Below are positions 12,101-24,100 of a DNA stretch of 64,000 nt, in pieces (position 1 is the first letter of the stretch; each line of letters opens with the position of its first letter). Made by a program: the position numbers and the translations under genes. The stretch spans positions 55,428,001 through 55,492,000 of the forward strand of contig NC_073386.1 in NCBI RefSeq assembly GCF_028641065.1, in the 5' to 3' direction. The notes beneath the pieces are model-generated. The model saw nothing but the letters and a program-made list of their open reading frames with translations. It did not search any database and was not told the origin of the DNA. The stretch is from Leucoraja erinacea. Taxonomy: Eukaryota.

Positions 12101-15100
12101 ACATCTTGGTTTAATATTCATCCCAATAGCTATTATCTCTGAGGTTCAGTGATCCATTAATATCAGTCAAAATTGCGTGTAAATTCCTGATGTGACTCTT
12201 CAAACCTGCAATACTGCATAACAAACCAAGTAGCTTGTAGTACTGAAGTGAAGTCACTGATGTATGTAAAACTTTGACACTTGGACAGGATATAAATATA
12301 TTTTTGACAATTATGGATTCTGCTTGCTCCTCCTCATTACATTCCAACTAATTTTTTTGAAAGTAACATCAAACACTTTTAGAAGATACAAGGAACGGCA
12401 GATGTTGGTTTACAAAAAAAGACACAAAGTGCTGGAGTTCAGCGTGTCGGGCAGCATCTCTGGCGATATTTTGTGTCAGGGCCCTTCGTCAGACTCTTAT
12501 TATTCTGTAATCTTGCGAGGTTTAACGCATTTTTTCTGTTCCTGTATACCAATTGTTGATTTCCTCAGGTCGTCCTACTGTTTTCAAAGTTGATCAACTG
12601 CTTTATGGTTGTTGTCCTTCAACTTGTCTGGAAGTCAGACAGATCCAGTTTACTTCGGGTAACTTTGGGTAACTTCTACAACACCTCCTATCACCCTCCA
12701 CTTGGACCCTGGCTAATCTTTCACTTGTTTCTTCAACCCATCCCCCCCCCCCCCTCCCCATCAAAAATCCTATGATAAGCTTTATAGTTGGTAACTGTGT
12801 ATTTCTTTTGGGCTCACACCTTCTTCTATCAACAACCTGCCTATCAGGGAAACACACCGCCTGAGGTAATCTTTTACCGGCCTCTCTCCCAGTTTTTTTT
12901 TTCAAATCCACTCTTCCACTCCAATCAATGCAAAAAGGGGTTACGGCTTGAAACATCACCTATCCATTTATTGCAGCCTGCCTAACTGCCTTTTACTAGC
13001 TGCCTAACCCACTGAGTTACTCTAGCATTTTATGTCTATCTTTGGTATAAACCAGCATTTGTGGTTCCTTGTTATTACATTTTGACAGCTGCACTGCAAA
13101 GTCTCTTCAGGGAAAATACTTACTTTGAAGAAGTTCTCATCTCTCCAAAGGGAGTTTTGAGAGACCCTCTCCCACCCCCCCCCCCCCCCCCCCCCCCCCG
13201 TAATTCCATTAGTTCTTCAGTTCTACAACCATGTTTTAATCCGGATTCGCTGCCACAGCCTCAACACTTGCCTGCACTGCCATCTTCCGCCTTATGGCTT
13301 CCAACTCTGGTTCCAGACCTCCCAATTTGGACCCAACCCGGATTTCAGGTACCAACAATCAATGCACCTCTTCTCACAAGAGTTCCCCTTCTGCACCCTG
13401 CGTTCCACACTGGCCACCATGCGCTGGCACCAGCAGGCCCCCTTTCTGACTCTCCCCCAGCTCTGGACCTCACTCACTCACACCTGCCATGTACCTCAAT
13501 TTTACTTCATTCTCCGCCAGATCCACATCTTCATTAGACGCTTCCTCGCTTACCTGGTCTCTAGTAAGGATTACGAGCTTTCCTACCAGACCAATCTCTC
13601 CGCTGACAGTCGCTTTCTTCGACAGTCGCTCTCACGACCACCCGCAGGCCCAAGGATTCACCACTAGATCGCATCACACGCTGGATCACCATGGGGCTGA
13701 AACCTACAGCGGCATTGCCGCCAGGAGGAGGAACACTGCCTCTCCAACCTTCACCACCTCCCCGACTGCTCCCAGACCGGTGCCACTGAAGCTGCCTCCA
13801 CCGCCAACCCTCACCACCTCCCTGGCCACTTCCAGGTCAGAGCGACTGAAGCTGACTTCACCACTGGCCATGTCTGCACTCTGTCTTCCCATGGGCCAGA
13901 GTCACTCACTCCGCCCACCAGCAGGCTGGAGATGTTTAATCACCTGAGTTCAAGGCCCAGCTCTAGGTCTGAAGCCTCCACGCTGCTGGCTCCAACAACA
14001 CCACATGGTTTAATTCTCCCACTGACTCACCTGGCTCCTACTGCTCCTCCCTTCCAACAGGGAGCCTCTATAATGGTACTGATGGATCCTGCTGCTCTTC
14101 CCTTTAAACCATGATACCTCTACTACCTCAACCCATACACTACTAATAGCACCTCCCTCCTTCATGAACCCCCATCATTCCATCATGCCTCGCCCAAGCC
14201 TCCTTCCATCCCTCCGTCCCCAGTCCTTACCCCTGTCGTATTTTTACCATCCTCCCTCTTTCCAATACAGAATGGTCAGTTATCACCAGGGGCCTTACCC
14301 TGTACCCCTACGCCCCCACCTCAATAGGTTCTGGCCTGTCATGATGTAAAGCTTTTCTTTGTTGCCACCAGGCCTTTTTCTTTGGGAAGGAATCTTCACT
14401 GTCCAGTGAAGACTCCCGTCTCCAACATTCCTCTTCCTCTTGGACTTCCGCTGCCGGCCTTCTACACTCTCTGGGCCTATTTCTAACTGCCAGAGTTACA
14501 TCACCCATCTTGACTTCTCTACGATCCTTACCCACTCCAGTCTCGCCCCTCTCAACACACAGTCTTCTGTTTATTTCACAACACTCTAGACATTGTCATT
14601 AAACCTGCCGACAGAGACAAAGGTCTCCGACACCTCCCTCACTTTTCTTGATTTCTCTGTCTCCATCACGGGTCAGACTATTGACTGACGTCTACTACAA
14701 ATATACCGACTCCCACGGTCATCTGACTACACTTTCTCCCACCCTACCTCTTGTAAAGATGCTTTTTTTAAAAAAAAATTATTTTTATTAGAAGTACGGT
14801 AAATTACAATCCTACACAACACATATATCTTAATACATTTTTTGTACCGCTTCATTTTTTTTGAGCTTTAAGAAAAAGGTAGAAGTAAGGAAAGTAAAGA
14901 AAGTGCAAGAGAGTCGTGAAGTGCAAGAGTGTTGGGAAAAGAAAGGGGCTTTCTTTTCTCTTGTAAAGATGCTATCCCCTATTCTCAATTCCTCCGGTTC
15001 CGCTGCATCTACTCCCAAGGTGAGGCTTTTCATCAGAGGACATCCGAGATGTTCTCTTTTTTTTTTAAAGTGTTTTCCCCCTGGCTGTCATAGATGGATT

Positions 15101-18100
15101 CCTCGCCCACATCTTTTCTGTGTCCTGTACATTTGCTCTCGCTCCCTCTTCCCTCCAGTCACACCAAGGATAGAGTATTCCTGGTCCTCACCTTTCACCC
15201 CACCAGCCTCCACATCCAACACATCATCCACCGGCATTTCCGTCACCTCCAATGTGATCCCACCACTAGTCACATCTTCTCATCTTTCTGCCTTCTGCAG
15301 AGACTGCTCCCTCTGCAAGTTTGTGGTTTACTCATCCCTTCTCACCATACCCCCCCCCCCCCCCCCCCCCCAGATATTTTCTCCTGCCACTGCAGGAGAT
15401 GTAACACCAGTCTTTGTGCCTCCTCCCTCCCTCCCTCCTCCCCCGACTCCATCCAGGAACTCCAGCAGTCTTTCTATGTGAAACAGAGGTTTACAAGCAC
15501 CTCCTCTAACCTCATCATCTACATTCGGCGTTCCCAATGTGGCCTGTATATCATGCTGAATACTTCCAAGCTGTACCGGATCTCTCGGTTGCTAACCATT
15601 TTAACTCACTTTCCCCCTGGGCCTCTATTACCAGAGTGAAATCGCATGCAAACTGGAGGAACAGGAACAGTAATAATATGTTGCTTAAGTAGCTTACAAC
15701 CCAATGGTATTGTATCATGAGCATTGAATTTTCCAATAGTAGGTAACTTCTACATACACCTCCCTTTCTCTTTCAGCCCAGCCCACCCCACCAAAAAATC
15801 CAACAACAAGCTTTACAGTTTGCAACTATGTATTTCCTTTGTGCTCATACCTGTTTTGATCCAGCCGGGGAACACCCTTGCCTGAGTCATCTGTTGCCTG
15901 TGATTTGACTTGCCCTCTCTTTCATTTTTTTTACTCGCTCCCCCTGCAATCAGCCTGAAGAAGGGTCCCGAGCTGAAACGTCACCTATCCATTTCAGCAG
16001 ATGCTGCCTGACCAGCTGAGTTACTATGGCATTTTGTGTCTATCTTTGATATAATCCAGCATCTGCAGTTCCTTTTTATTTGATCCAGATTACAACTACT
16101 AGGAATCTAAATTTGTTCAGCATTATTTCTTTATTAATATATATTGAGTTACTTCGTTCACCACAATTTTAAAAATGCTTTGTGCTTCCTCTAGAGTGAA
16201 AGATAGTCCATATTTATTAATGTGTAATACATTTCCCCTCCCTTCTCTTTAATATCTCGCTCTGTAAGGGAAGCATGCATACGTTAACTAATTTCTTTAT
16301 TTGTATGCATAGTATGGCATAGTATGTGCAAGCTATTACTTAAAATATAGAAAGACAGAGAGCTCCAACTCTGCTGCAAACCTGCTCGATAACCAAATTG
16401 TGTCCACCGTCTCTGCACACAACTTACTTTCCCATCTATCTGTATATTACCTGCATCTCAACATCTTTCCTATAAGATGGTGCGCGTGACTAAAACAATA
16501 CTCTAAATGTGGCCTCACCAACATTTTATATAACTATAACATGACCTCCCAACCATACTCAATACTCTCTGGTGAAGACCTTTTTGACCACCCTATCTAC
16601 CCGTGACTACACTTTCAAGGAACTATATATATACACTTCTAGATCCCTCTGGTCTACAACACTCCACATAACCCTACAATTCAATGTGTAGTTCCTGCCC
16701 ATGTTACACGTCCAAAATGTAACTCCTCACCTTTTTCTGTATTAAATTCCATCAACAATTCCTCAGCCCACCTGCCTAAATGATCAAGATCCTGCTGCCA
16801 TTTTTTGACAACCATCTTCACTATCTACAATACCACCCACTTTTGTGTTATCTGCTAACTTACTAATCATGCCATCTACGTTCTCATCCAAATCATTGAT
16901 ATAGATAACAAACGGCAATGGGCCCAGCACTGAATCATGAGGCACATTATTAGTCACAGGTTATCTTTTCATTTTATTTTTCTTTCTAGTAATTTATTGG
17001 ACAGCCTTGAATCATCCCAGGCCTGCAGTTAAGGAAATTCCCTGTGAAACACTGGCAAAACAAATTGGTGTCCCTCATTGAGAATATCAGTACAGGTGCA
17101 CAACCTTTTATCCGAAAGCCTTGGGACCAGACACTTGTCGGATTTCGGACATTTTCGGATTTCCGAATGGAAGATTTTTAGCGTAGATTAGGTAGGTAGC
17201 GCGGGCGGCTTGAAAAGTCTGGAGCGGCTGCCTCCTCCCCGGAGACCGGGGAATCATTGTAAATCATTGCATAAATGTTAGTCAGTTAGTTTGGAGGGAT
17301 TTTATGTGGTGGTGGTGGGTGGGGGTGAAGGGGGAAACTTTAATTCTTAGTCCCCTACCTGGTCGGCGACTCCCAACATCGCGGAGCTGGGGGCTCCGTC
17401 CGGCCGCGGGCGGCGCCGGTTGGAGCTCCGACCCCGGCAACTCTACCCCTGGCTGCGCGGCGCTCCAAATCCAGCGCCGCCCGCGGCCGGACGCCCGCAG
17501 CCCCAGCTCCGCGAATGTTGGGAGTCGGCGGCCACAGCGCTCCGGAGCTTACCGAACGGCGACCCGGTAAGGCATTGCCCGCTCCCCGCTGGTATCCCAG
17601 CACTGTGACGCCGCCGACTCCCAACATTCGCGGAGCTGGGGCTGCGGGCGTCCGGCCGCGGGCGGCGGTGGATTTGGAGCACCGCGCAGCCAGGGGTAGA
17701 GTTGCCGGGGTCGAAGCTCCAACCGGCGCCGCCCGCGGCCGGACGCCCGCAGCCCCAGCTGGGAGTTGGCGGCCACAGCGCTGCGGAGCTTACTGCACGG
17801 CGACCCGGTAAGGCATTGACCGCTCCCCGCCTCTCCGACCAGGTAGGGGACTAAGAATTAAAGTTTACCCCTTCACCCCCCCCCCCTTCACATAAAAGCC
17901 CTCCAAACTAACTGACTGACATTTAAGCAATGATTTACAGATGTTTAAGTGGGTCGTTTCGGGTCAAGTTTGGCGCCAAACGCGAGCTTTGGTGTGCAGA
18001 CAACATCCTGGAAAAAATGGCCGGTTTTCTGAGTTTTTCGGTTTCCAGAACTCCGGATAAAAGGTTGTGCACCTGTAGTTCTACTTGGGACTATTTTCCA

Positions 18101-21100
18101 GCCAAATCTAATTCTGTCTTTTAACTTTGTAGCAGCTTTGACCATGAAGCCTCTGTAACATTTCTTATAGCTGTATGTTCCAATATGTTGTACTGATTTC
18201 TTTTTTATGCTTCTAATAGGTACGTAAAGGTAGGAGACGTAGTATCACAGTTTGACAGCATCTGTGAAGTTCAGAGTGATAAAGCATCAGTTACAATAAC
18301 CAGCCGCTACGATGGTGTCATTCGAAAAATTTATTATAACGTGGATGAGACTGCTTTTGTGGGCACAGCACTCGTTGATATAGAAACCGAAGCTGTAAAA
18401 GGTACATCGAACTTGGATGCTGATTGGTGGAGGGAAGAAGTTGGTTACCACTGATTATTTATGTAAAAACATTTGATTTCAGTAGGATGCCAGTATAACC
18501 TGCAATTTGGGAGGATGGATGACAAGTGACAATATAAGTAGAATTAGTAGAATTAAAAGCGAGTTGTACCAGCAGATGGGCAGCATGGTGGCGCTGTGAT
18601 GCTGCCCATCTGCTGGTACAACTCGCTTTTTATGCTGTGATGCTGCCATACAGTGCTTGCAGCCCTGGAGACCCGAGTTCGATCCCAACTACGGATGCTT
18701 CTGTACAGGGTTTGTACGTTCTCCATGTGACGGTATGGGGCTTCTCCGACATCTTCGGTTTTTTCCCACAAGACATACAGGTTTGTAGGTTAATTGGCTT
18801 GGTATAAATGTAAATTGTCCCCAGTGTGTGTAAGATAGTGTTAATGTGCAGATATCGCTGGTCGGTGCGGACTCGGTGGGCTGAAGGGCCTGTTTCCACT
18901 CTGTGTCTCTAAACTAAACTAAACGGTACATACCTACGTGTCCATTGAGGGTATAAATGCATTCAAGAAGACTATTTAAGTGCATGAATAAACACACTAA
19001 TTTTTTAATAAATAAATTACATCCTTAGAAGCGTAAAATGCAAAGGAAAGAACAATTACTATTCCGTATAATTAACTGGTTAGACATCCATAGACGTGCA
19101 GATTTGTAGGTTAATTGGCTTCTGTAAATTGCCCCTAGTGTGTACAATGCATAATTGGGATAACATAGAATTAGTATACGGCTGATTGTTGGTCAGCGTG
19201 GACTTCTTCTTCTTGCGTATGGTGTGCACATCCTAAAGTTGTAGGACAACTTGTTCTATTTGATCTTATTTGATTGTGCACGCCATGTTAATTGCATTCG
19301 TCGAAACAAGGTGGACCACGTGAAGGTTGCAATCTCCCACCCCAGCATGGACTGAGGGGGCTCAAAGGCCTGTTTCCACGGTGTATCTCTAAACTATACG
19401 TGTCTGCCTGCCCAGCATTCATCATGCGACAATCTGCCTATTCCACACATTAATCTAGTAAACCTCCAAATTGTTTTCAATAGATCCTTTCTTAATAAAG
19501 GCCTCCAAGTACTCCAGATGACAAATCACCCATATGCTAACTAACCTTTGTGGTAGTTGACCAAGCAATAAACTGTAGCTTTCCGAATTACTTGCTACAC
19601 TTGTACATTGGCATTTTGCAATATATTCTCTTCATACAATCATCACAAATATTGCATCACAAATCTCTGCAAGTCTCACTATTCGGATAAAGTGCTTTTT
19701 AAAAATTATTTTTCTATCAAACAGAATTTAACATTTCTCACATTATAGTCCATTCCCAGATCTGTATACACTCAATCCATATTGCCTTTGTAGCCTCCAT
19801 ATTTCCTCCTCACAATGATTTCCTGCCTATCTTTGTACTATCAGCACATTTAGAATCTATAACCACTTTGCCTTTGTCTAAGAAAAAGTGAAATACATCT
19901 TGCCAACTCTTTTCTGATATCCATTTAATCCACACAAGTATATTCTGCAATAATCTTTGATGTAGCAACTAATCAAATGCTTTCTGAAAACTAAGCATAG
20001 TGCATCCACTAGTTTTCCTTTATCCACAATGCATATTTTATTTTCTTGTAGAACTATGAATTGGAAAAACATAATTTCCCTTCCATACAATTCCAACATT
20101 GATTTTGTATGATTTGATTTTTTATTTTTATTTCAATAAATATGAAATATTTAATGGTGTATATAATGCTAGCTATTCTGTAGTTTTCAACCTTCTTCAC
20201 CTCCTTTTGATAAAGGAGTTGCATTTAATATTTTCCAATCTAATGGAACATTTCCCGAATCAAGGGAATTTGGGGAAATTGAAAACAACACATCAACAAT
20301 CTTGCAAGCCACCTTTTCAAAATTCAAGGATGAAGTCCTTTAGCACCTAAAGACATCAGCCCATAGCTCCACTAGTTTGCTCAGTATCACTTTCCTGGTG
20401 ATTATAATTGAGTTTCTCCCTCCCAGGTCCAATTTGACCTTTCTAGATTTTTACATGTATCCTCTACAGTGAAGATGCAAAATATCCGTTTGCTTCATCA
20501 GCCAGCTTCTATTTTACCTTTATTAATTTCACACTCACTTTTTATAAGGCCAACACTCACAAACGAATACATTTTAAAATATCACCCTTGTTCTTAGATC
20601 TGAGCACAACTATAGCTTTAATCTATGCAATATGTACTGTTAACTAAGGTGTGACTAGGCCTCATCTTGTCATGTTCATTAACTCTACCAAACAAAATAT
20701 TTCTCCCTCTTTTGAATGTAGCACATTGCCTCTGCTGAGGAATGTAGCTAAAGATTTGGCTGACTCTGTGTCTGGAATACTTTTTTGTGTGGTGGTAAAG
20801 GCCTTCAACAGATGAAGCTGCTTAAACAACCCTTTAAATTGGATTTTTGTCAGTAAAGAGACTGTATCATGGCAACCAATGCTTAGTAAGGGCATTGGAA
20901 GAAAGATCCCAGCATAGATTGTAACCACTAATAACATCTGTTCCACTGAAAGCTTTTGAGACAAAGAGCCTTTCTGTCATGACTGTGATATGTGGTGTCA
21001 TGACAGTGTTTCTACAGTGGGCCCAGTACAGGTGATGTTCATCTTCTGTAATGCAAAAATCTTAGCCGCCCGCCAGAACAATAACTGCCATTGTGATTGA

Positions 21101-24100
21101 TGCCAGATCAATTGGACTGTGTAACTTGGTAAAATTGCTTTTGTAGGATGTAATCATAAATGTAGCAACTTCTAAATTATTCAAGCTTGAAAGGAAATTA
21201 GAGTCATAGCCAGACAGCATGGAAACGGGGCCTTTAATCCAACTCATTTGTGCTGATCAAGGTGCCCCACCCATTTAAGCTAGTCCCATTACCTTTGGCC
21301 CATGTCCTATCCACACTCTATTTTGTACTACATCTCTCTCCACCCTCCGCCCATGCTCCATCACCATGCTCTTCGTGAATAAATGCGCTTCATCTCCTCA
21401 GTATTTCCACCAGTTATTTTAAATCTTTGCCTCCTGGATATTAATATTTTTGCTACGAGATGCAAGTTAAAATTCCCACTATATGCCACGTTTATTTTGC
21501 ATACCACAGAAAGTTAACTCCAGTTTGTCTCCTCTTTCTTCATAAATAAAATTCTTCTGTCCTAGCTTCATCATCATCCTCCTCTATTCTGTCTAGTTTT
21601 GTAACTTTCCTTGTGAAGTGGTGGCCATAACTGCTGATTTACTCAGTTTCTGTCTAATCTCCCTGCTCTACACTTTGTTTTGATTAATGAACGTTTTCTC
21701 AGATACTTCCATAACAATCATTGACTGCAACTTCTGGGTTTAACTTACTCTAGGGTATCTTTAACATCCATCAATAATAATTTTGTACGGCAGACCAAGT
21801 AACCAATGAAACTTATGAAGTGTCTGCCATCTTCCCGATGTAATAATATAGCTTTGCCGTTGCTATCTACAATTGTAAAATCAGGCCCAGTATTTGCACA
21901 GCGAAGTGAGAAGTATTTTAAAACAATGCAATTTGGAAAGGCTCAGGTAGGATCAAATCATAAAAGGGCAAGAAATCTTAACATTATTTTTCTGAAATTT
22001 AGCATAGCAGCAGCAAAAATGATCAACTTCCCTTTGCTTGTGTCATAGCTGTTGTTCCAGAGCAAGATGTTGTGGAAGCACCTGCAGTGTTGAATGAGGA
22101 ACATACTCACCAAGAGATAAAAGGGCAGAAAATACTAGCAACGCCTGCTGTGCGCCGGCTCGCTATGGAGAACAATGTAAGTTACGATATGCTCTGTTCA
22201 TGAGTAGGTACATGTTTATCTCACATTATTCACTTCTGCCGTTAGAATTATAAGGCAGATTTGTTTCAAAACCTTTTCCAGTAAAATAACAAAAATAAGA
22301 GTTTTTGGTTTAATGTTGTAATTTATGTATACAATGTTATTTGCGGTTAATACTCCTCGGCTGCAAGAGAAAAATGACCCTGCAGAAATCCATGAGTTTT
22401 ATGCAAATGTTGCCATGGACACGGAAAGGTATTTAAATACTTGTGTTGTAACTGTTTGAGAAGATACTGCACGTAGAACAGATCCAAACAATGCTGTTCG
22501 TGTTCTTACTTAAATAGTATCTGATTTTTTGTGTGTACTGTAATTGAGGTGATTTACAGGATGTCATTGTTCGTGTATAGCTCTCAACGCTACTAAATCT
22601 CTTGGCTTCATTCAGCTTCCGTTGAATGGCGACAGATGCTTGGTGTTTCATTGTAATTTCAACTGCATTTTAGCAGCTATAAAATACTCGGTCTAGTTTC
22701 ACCAGAATAGCAAGAACAGAAAATACTGGAATTGTAAACGGGATAGTCTCTGACTAACTTTGCAACTCTGGATTCTTCAATTCAGATGATGTGTACACTC
22801 CTTCAGTGTCAAAGATTTTTTTCCGTTCACAGGTGTCCTGTCTGTGCATTTCCAAAATGTTTCAAACTTAAATTTCATATTTGAACTATTTTTTCTCCTT
22901 TTCATTGAAGTAGTTTCTAGTGACGCAGTTGCACTTTTTTTCTCTTTTTAATTTTCAGCTGCCAACATGACAATTAGATTGTTTTTGTTTGTATACGTGT
23001 TATATCGTGGCAGGTCTCTTTTATTATCTCATTTACTATCAGAGAAAAAGTTATATTGTGAAGTTCATATTGTGAAAAATAAATTTCATACAAGGATACA
23101 GTGAATTGCTTGTATCAAAACATCTGGTTATGTTTTGGAAAATCATAGACCTCATTGGATTTCATTGAAAATGATAGACCTAGTTGGATTTCTGCACTAC
23201 TGCTAGCCTGTATATTACATGTTTTCATTTTACAGAGAGGGTAGCAAACAGTATTTCTTCCCAATGCGATTAATGGTCACCATCATTGATGAAAAAGGTG
23301 ACCTGGGCATTTGCACATCAGATATTGCACGACTCTGTTTTTACCTTTTAACCATTTCCTAAAGAATGTTTTAATTTAGTTGGAGATGCGAAGGACAGAA
23401 TGCAACTGCTTGGGGACTAAGAGATTAAATGATAAACAACCTTGCCACTCAATCTCTGTCTTCTTGTATAGAAGCCAAACACTATAGAGATTTATCATAG
23501 ATGACTCTTGTATAGGAAGGAACTGCAGACGCTGGTATAAACCAAAGAGAGACACAAAAAGCTATTCCCTTTCTCCAGAGATGCTGTCTGATAGAAACAT
23601 AGAGAAACATAGAAACATAGAAATTAGGTGCAGGAGTAGGCCATTCGGCCCTTCGAGCCTGCACCGCCATTCAATATGATCATGGCTGATCATCCAACTC
23701 AGTATCCCGTACCTGCCTTCTCTCCATACCCCCTGATCCCCTTAGCCACAAGGGCCACATCTAACTCCCTCTTAAATATAGCCAATGAACTGGCCTCAAC
23801 TACCCTCTGTGGCAGAGAGTTCCAGTGATTCACCACTCTCTGCGTGAAAAAAGTTCTTCTCATCTCGGTTTTAAAGGATTTCCCCTTTATCCTTAAGTTC
23901 CGCTGAGTTACTCCAGCTTTACAGTGCCCTCCATAATGTTTGGGACAAAGACCCATCATCTATTTATTTGCCTCTGTACTCCACAATTTGAGATTTGTAA
24001 TAGAAAAAAATCACATGTGGTTAAAGTGCACATTGTCAGATTTTAATCAAATGTATTTTGGTTTCACGATATAGACATTACAGCTGTGTTTATACATAGT

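Noticed and set aside
18640-18700. tRNA gene suggested by GGAGACCCGAGTTCGATCCC
   Set aside because: It is the tRNA-derived head of a SINE and continues into the V-domain and CR1-like tail; no cloverleaf.
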